Below are positions 1 to 11,300 of a stretch of DNA of 64,000 bases, one piece after another (position 1 is the stretch's first letter; each line of letters starts with the position of its first letter). Source of the DNA: a virus (Duplodnaviria; Caudoviricetes); the IMG/VR virus record IMGVR_UViG_3300010346_002920, positions 3,886 to 67,885 of that record. The stretch is one strand, 5' to 3'. The notes under the pieces are model-generated. The model did not search any database. It was not told the origin of the DNA and was given only the letters and a program-made list of their open reading frames with translations. Made by a program: the position numbers and the translations under genes.

Positions 1-5
1 TGAGC

Positions 6-227
6 TTGTACGTGGACGGCAACCTCGTCGGCTCGGCCCACGCCCCCGGCGGCGGGCTGGGCTGCGACGGCGGCATGGGGCCGGTGGTTTCCGACCCCGC
101 ACCCCCGCAGCAGGTCACGCTCCAGCCGGGCACGCACACGCTGTTCATCGACGCCACGACGAACGACCCGCTGTACCACTTCGGGGCGTGGTATCGCTTC
201 GACCTAAGCTTCGCCGACGCCCCGTGA
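6..227 (+). CDS. 3' end of a hypothetical protein truncated by the window edge; possibly phage tail-associated
   Basis: Open frame from the edge with beta-rich composition (QVTLQPGTHTLFIDATTND...YRFDLSF). Start not visible. Confidence 0.5.
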   Translation: MYVDGNLVGSAHAPGGGLGCDGGMGPVVSDPAPPQQVTLQPGTHTLFIDATTNDPLYHFGAWYRFDLSFADAP

Positions 228-249
228 TGCCGCCGGAAAGGATGCCGCC

Positions 250-618
250 ATGGCCGAGACGCTGACGCCCAGACTGAAGACCTGCACGAACTGCCCGCCG
301 CTCGTCGTCCCGCGCCGCGGCTACACGCCCGCCCGGCCGAGCTGCATCGAGTGTGTCGAGAAGCACCTCGGGGCTGCCTACGTCCTGCTGGCCGAGCTGA
401 ACGACCTGCCCGACGCCCGTCGCATCGAGCCCCCGAACCTCTCCCGCCGCCTCCGGGCCATCGGCCATCTCTTCGAGGCCGAGGACGAGGCCCAGCAGTG
501 GCCCGAACTCCACGCCGCCATCCGCGAGGCCCGCAAGGGCTACCAGGCGGCCCGCAGCCTGCCCGATCTGGATTCTCTGGCAGTTCTTGCTTCTCGCCAG
601 CGCGAATCGGTATCCTGA
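250..618 (+). CDS. hypothetical protein with two CxxC motifs
   Basis: 122-aa ORF with CTNC and CIEC motifs and high-GC codon usage, followed by a terminator. Confidence 0.65.
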   Translation: MAETLTPRLKTCTNCPPLVVPRRGYTPARPSCIECVEKHLGAAYVLLAELNDLPDARRIEPPNLSRRLRAIGHLFEAEDEAQQWPELHAAIREARKGYQAARSLPDLDSLAVLASRQRESVS

Positions 619-655
619 AGCCCGACGGCCGAGTCTCCCCCTGCTCGGCCTCCCC

Positions 656-689
656 GGCCTGGTCTCCCCCCCGGACCAGGCCATTTTTT
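656..689 (+). terminator. intrinsic terminator
   Basis: GGCCTGGTC (656-664) pairs with GACCAGGCC (674-682), followed by ATTTTTT. Confidence 0.75.
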
Positions 690-757
690 GCGCCTGGTGC
701 GACCGAACCTGTCACCCCTCCCTGGTATCGTCGGGCTGTTTCAGATAATGCCAGCAA

Positions 758-787
758 TTGACAGCACCCGGCAAATGCGGTTACTAT
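758..787 (+). promoter_or_regulatory. sigma70-type promoter for HTH/cargo block A
   Basis: TTGACA (758-763), 18-nt spacer, TACTAT (782-787). A paralogous promoter lies at 12458. Confidence 0.65.
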
Positions 788-848
788 CTCGGCCGCCCAT
801 CTAGAGCTGGACGGGGTGGCTATAGCTCGTGGCCGAAAGGAGCTGCGC

Positions 849-1052
849 ATGGCCAAGCCGCATGACACGGTGCTGACAATCGATGAGTTGGCGGACTACC
901 TGAAGCTGTCGAAGTCGACGCTCTACCACCTGGCTCGGAGGGGCGACGTTCCAGGACAGAAGATCGGCCGACACTGGCGGTTCCACAAGACCGCCATCGA
1001 CAAGTGGCTGGGAGAACACGCAGGCACAACCGGGAAGGCGAAAACGAAATGA
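849..1052 (+). CDS. excisionase-like helix-turn-helix protein (HTH_17)
   Basis: VLTIDELADYLKLSKSTLYHLARRGDVPGQKIGRHWRF is the typical HTH_17 pattern. Confidence 0.9.
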   Translation: MAKPHDTVLTIDELADYLKLSKSTLYHLARRGDVPGQKIGRHWRFHKTAIDKWLGEHAGTTGKAKTK

Positions 1053-1397
1053 GCGACGTGAAGCTGTTCCGCATCACGAACGGTTCGGCTGAGGAGCTGC
1101 TTGGTAAGCCGGTCAAGCCGGAGAAGAAGCTCCAGACGTTGATCGAGAAGCACCTCGAGACCTTCCTGCACGTTCGATACGTGGCGACTGAGTACTCCAC
1201 GGGGAAGACCCACGCCGGCCGCATCGACACCCTCGGCCTCGATGACAACGGCTGCCCGACTGACGATCATCGAGTGCAGCAACTCCAATGCCAACGCCAT
1301 CAACCAGGGCCTGTTCTATCTCGACTGACTGATGGACCACAAGGCCGAGTTCAAGCTGCCCGTGCTGAGGCAGTTCGGCCAGAGGGCCGCGTCATGA
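1049..1397 (+). pseudogene. NucS/DUF91-like endonuclease remnant
   Basis: N-terminus MSDVKLFRI...EYSTGKTHAGRIDTLGLDDNGCP continues after a frameshift near 1260 as TIIEC...INQGLFYLD*LMDHKAEFKL. There is an in-frame TGA at 1326-1328 where Trp is expected, and a stop at 1395-1397. Confidence 0.75.
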
Positions 1398-1460
1398 TGT
1401 TGAAGCCCAATCACGGTCGCCAATGGGACAGTCTTTCAGGCAGCGGTCGAAGGGAGTAAC

Positions 1461-3815
1461 ATGGATCAGCAGATTCGCAGGGACTTAGGGGTGTTCGGGC
1501 CGAGAAACTCGGGAAAGACCACGTTCTGGACATGCCTGTACGGCAGCAAGGGCGCGAGCACAGGGGCGGCTTCGTTCACGGACGAACACACCGTCCGACA
1601 ACTCGATGCCCTCTGGCAATCGTTGACAGTTGGAGCCGTGGTCCCGGCGACAGCCCAAGGGGAACCCCAAGACCTTTCCTTTCAACTCCACTCGAATGCG
1701 ACCACGTGGCGTGTGTCGACAAAGGATTATTCCGGGAGTCTCGTTGAGCTATCGCATTTGCGCGACCCAGAAAGGGCTCCTACGGCGACCGATTTGCGCC
1801 GTCGTGTTGCAGAGTGGGTTCGCGGCTGCGACGCCATGCTCGTCTTGGTTCCTGCCGATTTGGCTGACCAAGACGAACAGACAAAGGTTGGTTTCCGCCG
1901 CGCGATGGAGGCCCTGCTTGATGTCTTCAATAGATCGGACCACCCAGGGCCCTTGCCTATCTGTTTGGCCGTTACAAAGTCGGACATGCTTTCACCACAG
2001 GCCAACAACGGCTCGCGGGCACTGGTGGGAGAGCCGCAGGATGCACTGCCGCACTGGCTGAATGAATTGGTCACCCTCGTTCGCCATCAAGTGGGCACAG
2101 ATCAGACCAAGGTCTTCCTGACGTCAGCGTTCGGAGGTCACGCCGATGAGGACGCAACTCGCCCTCCGACAACCGGCCCGACACCCGAGGGGCTCGAGGA
2201 ACCGCTCAGGTGGGTGCTTGCCGAGTCCGACCGCTGCCTCTTCTCTCCTGCGGCAGCGAAGGCACGCCGAAGCCTTGAACATTGGCCTCACGGATACAAG
2301 AAGGCCATCAAGCATTGCGATCGTGTGATCGCGAAAGGCCTGCCTCACAAAGAATACCAGGAACTTGAGAAACTGAAGGCGGAGCTCGGCAAGGCCAGAA
2401 AGCGGCAGGTGCGAAGGCGTTCCATCGCATCATCCGTTGCCGTCTTGGTTGGAATGGCTGTCGCGTTCTGGTTACATGCGGATAGTCTTGCTCGCTTATC
2501 CAGCGCAAGTATCGCAGCGGGGAGCGTCACTCAGGCTTCGCTTGAGTCCGTTCGCGCTTTCATCGAGTCCAGGAACCCGGCCTGCCACGTCCTCTTTCGC
2601 AGCCAACAGGAGCATGCGCAACAATGGCACGAGGAACGGGCTCTGGAACAGGCGGATCGCGAGAGAGATGCGCTGATGCGCAATGTGGATGCTCCGGAAC
2701 TCCACTGGCAGCAGCGCGTAAGCCGAGCGAAGTTCAGAGCATCGGCATGCGAAGGGTTCTGCCAACTCTTTCCGACGCGACCTGAGCGGTTCCAGTTTGA
2801 AGAGGAGCAACGGCGGGCAGAGACACTGGTTGGCGAGTTGCAGGTCTACGGCCCATTTGACGACCAATACAGCGACGTGCTGCAGCGCCTGGAGCCAGTC
2901 CCCGCACCGCAGGCTCGCGAACTCGTTGACGACTTCAGGGCGCGCTTCCCCCCCGACCGATACCCGCTCAGAGGCAAGGCTTACGAGCGATTAGCCTCGG
3001 TCGTCAACTCCAAGGCCCAAGATGAACGGCACGCAAGCTTCGTCACCTGGGAAGCCCGTATACGCGCTGACTACGCAAAGGATCCTTCCAGGCGCTCAGG
3101 CCATCTGGAGGAGATTGCGAAGTGGCTGGCGGCGTATGACACTGAGCGTTCGTCGAAACTGGATGCTCTTGCCGCAGGCCTGCGAGACCTTCGCCGCACC
3201 ATCGCACTGGAGTGGGATGCCGAGGACTACCGCAAGCTTCTGAATGCGGCCGGCCGGATGTTTGAGGGACCGGACAAACTTAGGGATGCCATCCAGTACG
3301 GCGACGAGTACCTGAAGGCTGCGCGGGAGGTATTGGCCATGCAAGGCTACGTTCGGGATTGGCTTGCGTATGCCCGGGCTCTCCAGACGACAAGGCGCGT
3401 TGGCCTGCGCCCCTCCTATGTCAAGCTGTGGGGAACCAAGTTCGATGAGAGCGGCAAGGAACAGGTCAAGGTAGTGCTGAGAACTCGGCTAGACACCCAG
3501 TCCGAATGGGGCACATGGAACTCACCTGGCATGAAGGAGTTCAACGGTGAGGCGGCCTTGGCAGAATCTCCGGATTACGTTTCGCTCGCGATACACAGGG
3601 GTATTCTGAGAGCGGAGATCACCGAATATGACTGGCCCGACGGCAACGAAGAGGGCAGCGCAGAATGCCATCTGCTCAGGCTTCTGGAACAGTATCAGAA
3701 AGAAGGGACTGACAGCGCTGAAGCACAGGTCGATGTGGATGGGGCGAAGTTGACTGTGATCATATCCGATCTGCCTACACGCAGGAGCTTGCCTTCCTAT
3801 GAAAAGCCACGCTAG
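1461..3815 (+). CDS. membrane-anchored TRAFAC-like GTPase with large C-terminal domain
   Basis: G1 GPRNSGKT, G3 DYSG, G4 TKSD, G5 TSA. One hydrophobic helix (SIASSVAVLVGMAVAFWLHA) follows a basic stretch, then a long helical and beta region. Confidence 0.8.
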   Translation: MDQQIRRDLGVFGPRNSGKTTFWTCLYGSKGASTGAASFTDEHTVRQLDALWQSLTVGAVVPATAQGEPQDLSFQLHSNATTWRVSTKDYSGSLVELSHLRDPERAPTATDLRRRVAEWVRGCDAMLVLVPADLADQDEQTKVGFRRAMEALLDVFNRSDHPGPLPICLAVTKSDMLSPQANNGSRALVGEPQDALPHWLNELVTLVRHQVGTDQTKVFLTSAFGGHADEDATRPPTTGPTPEGLEEPLRWVLAESDRCLFSPAAAKARRSLEHWPHGYKKAIKHCDRVIAKGLPHKEYQELEKLKAELGKARKRQVRRRSIASSVAVLVGMAVAFWLHADSLARLSSASIAAGSVTQASLESVRAFIESRNPACHVLFRSQQEHAQQWHEERALEQADRERDALMRNVDAPELHWQQRVSRAKFRASACEGFCQLFPTRPERFQFEEEQRRAETLVGELQVYGPFDDQYSDVLQRLEPVPAPQARELVDDFRARFPPDRYPLRGKAYERLASVVNSKAQDERHASFVTWEARIRADYAKDPSRRSGHLEEIAKWLAAYDTERSSKLDALAAGLRDLRRTIALEWDAEDYRKLLNAAGRMFEGPDKLRDAIQYGDEYLKAAREVLAMQGYVRDWLAYARALQTTRRVGLRPSYVKLWGTKFDESGKEQVKVVLRTRLDTQSEWGTWNSPGMKEFNGEAALAESPDYVSLAIHRGILRAEITEYDWPDGNEEGSAECHLLRLLEQYQKEGTDSAEAQVDVDGAKLTVIISDLPTRRSLPSYEKPR

Positions 3816-5340
3816 GGCAACCGTGCGGTCTGGCTCGGCCATGGCCATCTGCCACAGGTGGTTTGCCTCCGGGGAAGGTTGGGCATGGGCGGATGGCTTG
3901 CCTGGGCCCGCGCGCGAACAGGCCATGGGTCTTCTCCAGAAGAACCTGTCGGCACTCCGTGGCGTTGGGCAGGAGCTGCGCCAATACACGATTTCAGGCG
4001 GCGTCGTGCTTGTTCGGACGACGAGTGATCCCGATTGCCCCGATCTGCTGGCAAGGGCCAGGCATCCCGTCCTCGTCACCGCCGTGCTTGTCCCCAAGGC
4101 GCGGTGCAAAGACATCCGGACAACAGATGCCGAGTTCCTGCTCGGACAGGCTGAGCGGATGGCTCGTGGAGTTGCCGCCCCAGGCGACGCGCCCGGCCTG
4201 GAGATTGACCTGCCTGAGACACTAACCAAGATCATTCGCAGGAGACGCACTATGAGATTCGCGGGTCTTGTGGCGGCCATCGCCATCGTACTTGGCGGTT
4301 GCATCGTCCTCGCGCAAAGCGGCAAGAAGATACTCCATCCCGAGGCCGACGAAAGGGACATCAGTGCATGGGCGTCTGCCATCGAGACGCAGATGCGGCG
4401 CTGGGGCGAGGAAGTCAAGCCCCCCAGTGCCGCATCCATCGACGGTGGTACGCAATCCAGCGCGGTGAATCAGTTCCTCAAGCTGCTATCCAGGCAGGAA
4501 CAATGGGGACGGGTTGACGCGGGACATCTTGACGGCGAGTACCTCTGTCGGCTGCCCCACCCCGCGGCGCAGGTGGAGCGCAACCCCAGGGAGTCCGATG
4601 TTCGCGAGGCGGTGACAGGAGTGCTGCGGACCGTCACGGCGAGCCGTGCTGAGACAAAGGACGCGCGAACCCCTGAAGAGATAGTCTCGGATGTTGCCCG
4701 CAGCATTGACTATCGTAACTGGCATACCAGTCAGGTGCGCAAGACGAGTTTTGCGGGCAAGGAGGAGTGTCTGCCGGCAGCTCAACGCGACTACATCTAC
4801 CGCTTCTGCCCCTCAGTTGCTGGCATGGAAGATGGAGGGCTGTGCAAGGCCCTATATGGCATCATGACAGATAAATGGGGAGTGCGTGGCCTATGCGAAG
4901 AGGACTTGCGTAGGCGGCCGTGGTTTGTGGCGGCATGCTTCTTCGAGTTTGTTTCGCTGGGGGCAGTACCAGAGACGTTAGTGGCGACATCTCAGCCTGC
5001 TGAGGGCACGGTCGCATCGTCAGAATCTCGCATCATGGAGCGGCTACGGAAGTACTTGCCACAAGACTCGGCTCTTCCGAGGGCAGATCAGCGTGGAGAC
5101 AATCTTGAGCGCCCTATCACGGATGCGATACGCTCGCTAGCTGAAAGACTTGATGTGCCGACCGCCGGCAGGGATGCCAGCACGATTCTTGAGGATGTGA
5201 GAATCCGGCTGAAGCAAATCGGCGAGAGCGTCCTTGAGACAACATCGGCTGAGACGCCGGAGCACCTGCGCTGGTATCTCGAGCGACTGGCTTGCCGCAA
5301 ACCAACAACACAGCCTGCCACAACTGGATCGGGGAGGTGA
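3799..5340 (+). CDS. hypothetical single-pass membrane protein (GTPase operon partner)
   Basis: Overlaps the GTPase stop. TM segment FAGLVAAIAIVLGGCIVLA follows RRRR. The start could be 3841. Confidence 0.7.
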   Translation: MKSHARATVRSGSAMAICHRWFASGEGWAWADGLPGPAREQAMGLLQKNLSALRGVGQELRQYTISGGVVLVRTTSDPDCPDLLARARHPVLVTAVLVPKARCKDIRTTDAEFLLGQAERMARGVAAPGDAPGLEIDLPETLTKIIRRRRTMRFAGLVAAIAIVLGGCIVLAQSGKKILHPEADERDISAWASAIETQMRRWGEEVKPPSAASIDGGTQSSAVNQFLKLLSRQEQWGRVDAGHLDGEYLCRLPHPAAQVERNPRESDVREAVTGVLRTVTASRAETKDARTPEEIVSDVARSIDYRNWHTSQVRKTSFAGKEECLPAAQRDYIYRFCPSVAGMEDGGLCKALYGIMTDKWGVRGLCEEDLRRRPWFVAACFFEFVSLGAVPETLVATSQPAEGTVASSESRIMERLRKYLPQDSALPRADQRGDNLERPITDAIRSLAERLDVPTAGRDASTILEDVRIRLKQIGESVLETTSAETPEHLRWYLERLACRKPTTQPATTGSGR

Positions 5341-5342
5341 CC

Positions 5343-8300
5343 ATGGGCGTCTTCAAGAGGATTGGCGCGAAGCATCTCTGTGTTGCGGCCGTGGGCCTTC
5401 TGGCAGTCGGCACGGTCATCTGGCACGCTGGCTTCGGCCCAAAGCCGCCGAACGATCCTCCGGGGCCCGACGAGGTGGCTGGCAGCCTTCCGAAGGAGGT
5501 CCAGGCGGAATTGGGCCACATGGCGACCATACGGGCCTCGGTAGAAGATGAGATTGCGGATCGAGAGTCCCAATGGCGCAGTCGATTGGCCGCTCCCGCT
5601 CCTCTCCCCGTTAGCCAAGTGCGCAACGAGTTGGCGAAGGCCCGGAAGATGGTCACCCAGCTTGGGGCCCTGCCCCCGCTTGATGAGTCAGCCTATGCGG
5701 CGCGGCCGCCTTGCCGCCTGTGGAGCCCCGCGGGCAGAACGACCTCCACGGACGGTTTGCAGGTGCTGCCGCCTACCCCGGAATCGGAGGTCCGCGTTGG
5801 CCCCGAGGGAGTCATCGCGGCTCACAGCGGCGAGCTCTGCTTTGCTGAAGAGGACATGGTGCTGCCGTCACGTGGCGGCCTGGGCTTCAGGTTCCGCCGC
5901 TACTATCGCTCGTTCTCCGAATACGACGGGCCTATGGGCCACGGATGGGACCACAACCACAATATTCGGATTGTTGCGGATGCACCGAGCCTGTCAGACG
6001 CCAAGACTCTCCGGCTGCACGGCGGCGACTTCGACGTGCAGTTCCTCCGAGACGGGCAACGATGGGCGGTCCAGCGTGGGGCCTTCCTGAGCGTCGAGGT
6101 ACAGCCGCAGGACATGCTCGTCGTGACGGACGCTCAACGGAATCAGTGGACATTTGAGCTAGCTGCATCCTCGCCACAGGATCATGCGTGCTGGCGGCTT
6201 CAGCGCCAGCAGACCCGACACGGCCCGACCGCGGGCAACAACCTGATATACCGGTATGTGAGTGGGACGGATGTGCTCGCCAGTGTGGAAGACCCATTCG
6301 GTCAGCTCGTCAGATTCTACTACGACGGTGCCGGGCGACTGAGACTCTTGGCCGGCCCAGGCATGCGTGCTGAATTCAGCTATGACCAGCACGGCTCATT
6401 GATCTCCGCGACGATACCCCGAGTCGCCGTCTCGCTGTCCGAGTCCGCCGCCAGCAGCATGGAGTACGGTTATCGACGCGCCGCTGGCAGAGCATGGTGT
6501 ACATCGAGGCGGCTCAATCATTCGGACAGCGCGCTGTTCGCGGACATAGACCTTGAACCCGACAGCTCCAGTTTCGGGCAGGCGAAGACAGCCGGATACC
6601 GACTGATCGCCAAGCCGGCAGAGAGAATCACGTGGAGCTTCGCCCACGTTGCAGCCGACGAACGGCTGCACGTAACGGTGACACCGCCGGTCCCGGGGCC
6701 GGTGATAGTCTACAGTTTCGCTGTGAAGGCTCCGTTCCCATGGCTGCCGACTGAAATGGCGGTTCCGGCCCGCCGGGCCTCATGGAACTACCTCTATAAC
6801 GATGACGGCCTCTGCACCCGCGAAACCCATCCGGAGGGTTATCAGGTTCTTCGCCGCTATGACGCGGACAGCGTGGACGCCCGCTCCCGGCGGAATTGCT
6901 TGGACGAAAGGACTGAGACGACGGCGACGCCGCTCCTGGGGCCGTTGACGGCTAAGGGGAGAACAGCCGAGTTTCTTCCGGGAACAGCCTTCCCGGTGTG
7001 CGTGTCTGCCTACCAGATCGACGCTTCCGGTGAGCGTAGGGTGCTCCTGGAAGAGCGATACGAGTACCGGGGCAACACGTTTGACCTGCTGAAAGCCGTG
7101 GTCGGAGACGAATCGACCTCCTACTTCTGGAATCCGCGAGGACAAATCCTCGGTGAAGTTGACGGATGCGGTGCCGTTACGCTGTTTTACTACCTTCCGG
7201 GCATTCCAGAGCACGATATGGAGTCGTTCGTGGACGGGGTACCGGAAGGGGGCGGCGTGCTCGTGAGAATGGTCGAGGATGCACCGATCACTGAACTAGC
7301 CCGCGTTGGAACACCCGAGGATCGAAAGCGCGTTGCTGAGCTTCCTCGCCGGTTTTCACCCATCCCGCCATCGGCTGAAGTTACCCACTTTCTTCACGAT
7401 CAGCTTGGCCGAAAGATCGGGCAGGCCGGCCCCGGGCACCAGGTGTTTGCCGTTGTGAATCGTCTCGGCCACGAGTTGGCTGCGTGGGATTCCTCCGGCG
7501 GACTAACGGTGACCGAATATGATCAGAGGCTCCTTCGACGACGTGTCTTTCATCGACTGAGCCCGTCTTTTCGCAGCGCAACGGATACAGGCTACACCGG
7601 CTCCGGCATAGAGCCGTTCGATGGCCGGTTTTACATGGAGTCGTATGCACATGACGCATGGGACCGCGTGGCGTCATTTTCGCCGACAGACGAACCAGCC
7701 AGGCAGGGAGCCACACGCCCTGAGTTCCGCTACGAACGCTATCCCTCCGGGGCGTTACACAGGCTGACCGACCCTGTCGGAACCGTGCGGATTCACGAGT
7801 ACGACGCAAACACAGGTCTTCCGAGACGTATCGGTCTTGACGGCTCAGACGGCGAGGCCATGACGCTTCAGACGTTCCTCGAATACTCCCCGTCCGGGCT
7901 GCTCCTGTCGTTCCAGGACGATTGCGAAGACGTATGGACAGTGCAGCTCGACTCTCTTGGGAGGGCCTTTGAGGAACATCAGCCGGATGGCGTCATTTCA
8001 CGGACCAGTCTGGACGGCCTTGACAGGCCCACAAGGATGGTCGCATCGCGTGAAGGCCAGGTCGTGGATGACCAAGAATGGGAGTATACCTCGTCAGGAC
8101 GAACGGCGAGGATTACGAGGCTGCGGTTGCGGCAGGCAGATGGCGGCAAGGTAACCTCTGTTGGCAAGATGGTCGTTGAAGAGAATCGCTACGGTCCCAG
8201 CGGCCAGCTGGCCGCCCAGCGGGGTCCTCGGGCCGACGCCTGGCGACAAATCTTCTACGACGGCATAGGCCGACCGGTAGCGGAGAAGAGCCCCGAGAAC

Positions 8301-11300
8301 AATTGGACGCTGGCAGCCTACCGCGATGGGAGTGTCGTCGTGCGCAGCGCCATGATGCGCAAACCGGATGCGGACGGCCTTGTGGCGCTTCGTGAAGTGA
8401 CCATTCTGACCGAGAGATTCAGACCCTACGTCACGATGCCTGTAGACTCGGCTGGCGTCCCGCAGTGGGCGCGGGCGAGTGTGCAGCAATGGTCCCCTGA
8501 GGGCCGCCTTCTGGAAACGCTTGAACCCGATTCTTTGCATACGCAGGTCGCTTACGATACTCGCGGAAATCGCCTGAAAGAGCTCGTTCGCCCCGTGGGC
8601 CCGCATGGGAAGGGCGAGCAGCAGCACAGGACTTGGCGATATAACGCGGCCGGTCGGCAGGTTGCCCAAATTACGGATGTTACGCCGCTTGCTCTCTTTC
8701 GCAAGGGTGAAACAGAGAAGACGGTTGTTCCCCGACGGGTGTCCGTGCCTCAAGTCATCGAGTGGCGGTATGACTCGCTTGGGCGGCTGGTGCGGCAGGA
8801 CCACCCCGATGGCCTCCAGGTGACGCGCCAGTACGGCCGGGGCGGCGGTATGGTCACGCGGATGACGTGGCGTCATTTGACAAGGCCGAGCCTTGTCTTG
8901 CGTGATCTCGAGTTTCGGTACGGGCCTAAGCGGCGACTGGTCGCGGTGCTGCGCTCGGGGGAAGAGCGACCGGTCCAGGAGTTCAACTACGACGCGTGGG
9001 GGTTCTGCGCACGTAGCACCGATAGGACGGGGCCCGATGACGTTGTCGTTCGACGCGAGTTTGACAATTGGGGCCTTCAGTGGCTGGAGCAGATTGGCTG
9101 TGGGCCGGTACGCTTGCAGGATCTTGCCATGGAGGACAACCCCGAAGCGGGTTCCCGCAGGCTTCGCTGGCAGCATCCGAACGCGATGCCAGCGATGTTC
9201 TGGACCGAGGCATGCTACCAGAGAGACCGTGATGACCGCGTTTCATCGCTTCTGCTGGATGGACGAGATTTCAGCGAGTGGGCCTATCAGGGGCAGATGC
9301 CCGTGTCTCGAACAGTCGCTCCGTCACGGACGCGACGCATTCTGTCCCTCAGTTCGATGGGCGAGGTCGTCGGGCTGCGGATCGAAGCCCAAGACGGCAA
9401 AGCGTGGGTTGCCCTGTCGGACATGCGGTATGCTCTGGACGCTCGAGGAAGCGTGATTGCATCGACGGTGAGACTCGGCGGCGTCCTGGCCCAGCCCGAA
9501 TCGATTGTCTCGCAGTACACTGATTTGGACGCCTACCGGCAGATCATCGCTTCCGCACAGGAGCCCGTCGCTTGGCCGGATTTGGCGGCACGGCATCGCG
9601 AGTTACTTGCTTCCGGCGACTCGCCCGGCGCGGTGCTTGCCAGCCGCATTCATCGAGACCAGGCGGGCAACATGCTTGCGAGGTATCAGGGACGCTGGAC
9701 CGACTCCGCATTGGAGACTGCCCTGGACCGCGGAACGTTGTACTCATCTGGGCCGGCCATCTCGCTGCCGCAGACAGAGGATCAGCAGGCTGATGTCGCG
9801 CGGTTAGTAAGCATGCTGGCCGAAAGCGACCGTCTTCAACTGGCGTCGAATCGACTGACGGCGACCGCTCAGCAGGGGCACGAGCAGCAGAACTACAAGT
9901 ACGACCTGCTCGGCCAGTTGTCAGAGTATGCCGGCTCCTACTGGGATGGCAAGAAGGCCCGGCCTGTATTCTGGTCCTTGACGTTCGACAGCTTAGGTCG
10001 GCTGACCCGCATGAAGGCAGTCGCTCGCGATCCCGCGAAAGATACGCCTTCCGATAATGCGGCAACAGTTGCCGACCTTGAGTATATGTACGATGCCGCC
10101 AATCGTCGCGTCGTCAAGCGCGTTATGGACCATGCCACCAACCGCGTGCATCGGGAAGCCACTCTCTATTGCGATGGCCGCCAGACAATGGTCCTGGAGC
10201 AGCACGGCGATGGATCATGGGTGCCGATCCAGCAATATGTCTGGGGTGCTTCACCTGCGGAGGCGCTCCAGGTCGTCACCTCAGCGCATAGCGCTGGCAC
10301 GGGCAATTCCCGACAGTTGGAATGCTATGCGTTGCACCAGGATCGTGGGATGGACGTAGTGTTCGCTACCAGCATTGTGGGCGGTCGCGTTCAAGCAACG
10401 CCCCTAGCAACGTATCTCGACACGGGCGAGAACGCTTCGTCGACACGTGTTGCGGCCATTCGATCTTCCTCGCAGGCTACGGACCCTGAGGCGTGCCGGA
10501 ACGGACGCGTGGACGACGGAAGACAGACGCGGATGTTGGCCCAAGGCGAGTGGAATTGGGTGGAACTCCAACTCCCTGAGGCAAGGCTGGTGTCTGGGTT
10601 GACGATTTGGACGGATGCGTTTCCGAATGACTTTGAGGTATACAGGCTTGACCCGGGCCAGCAATTGCCCGCAGGCGACGAAGTGGACACGTGGACACGG
10701 CGAGCCAAGCAGGAGGGACGGCTTCTTGCCGCCGCTGTCAATGGCATGTTCCTAAGCCCCACCGGGCTGCGCCGAAAGCTCTCACTGATGGAGTGTCCGT
10801 ATCAGCTTGTGATGAATGGCTCACGCGTAGAGCGGTTCGTGATCCTGTGGCGAAATGAATCTGACAGAAGCCCCCAGGTGTCGGTAAGCGAATTCAGCGT
10901 GCAGGTGTTGCCCGAGGCGATTTCGGCGCTGGGACAGAATGGGGCGTGGCTTGACCGCGAGACCGGCCTGTACTACCAGCATCATCGCTATCGCTTGCCT
11001 GCCATGAACGGGAAGTTCATCAGTCCCGACCCCCTGGGATTTCTCGGTGGGCCAGACCTCTATGCCTACGCCAACAACAATCCCCTCCACTGGCATGATC
11101 CTGACGGCCGCTTCGCCCACATCCTTTGGGGAGCTGGAATCGGCGCTGTCTTTGGCGGCGGGTCCTATCTTGTCGAATGCTGGATCAGCGGTGAGGAAAT
11201 CAGTTGGAGCAGACTGGCCATACGAACTGCCACTGGCGCGGCCACTGGTGCCGTTGCAGCTCTTACCTTTGGGGCAGGCAGCAGCTTCTTGGCTGCAAAG

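Noticed and set aside
1461-5340. T6SS membrane complex (TssM/TssL) assignment for the genes before Rhs
   Set aside because: The GTPase has complete G4/G5 motifs and a different topology, and no other tss genes are present. A remote relationship cannot be excluded without HMM searches.
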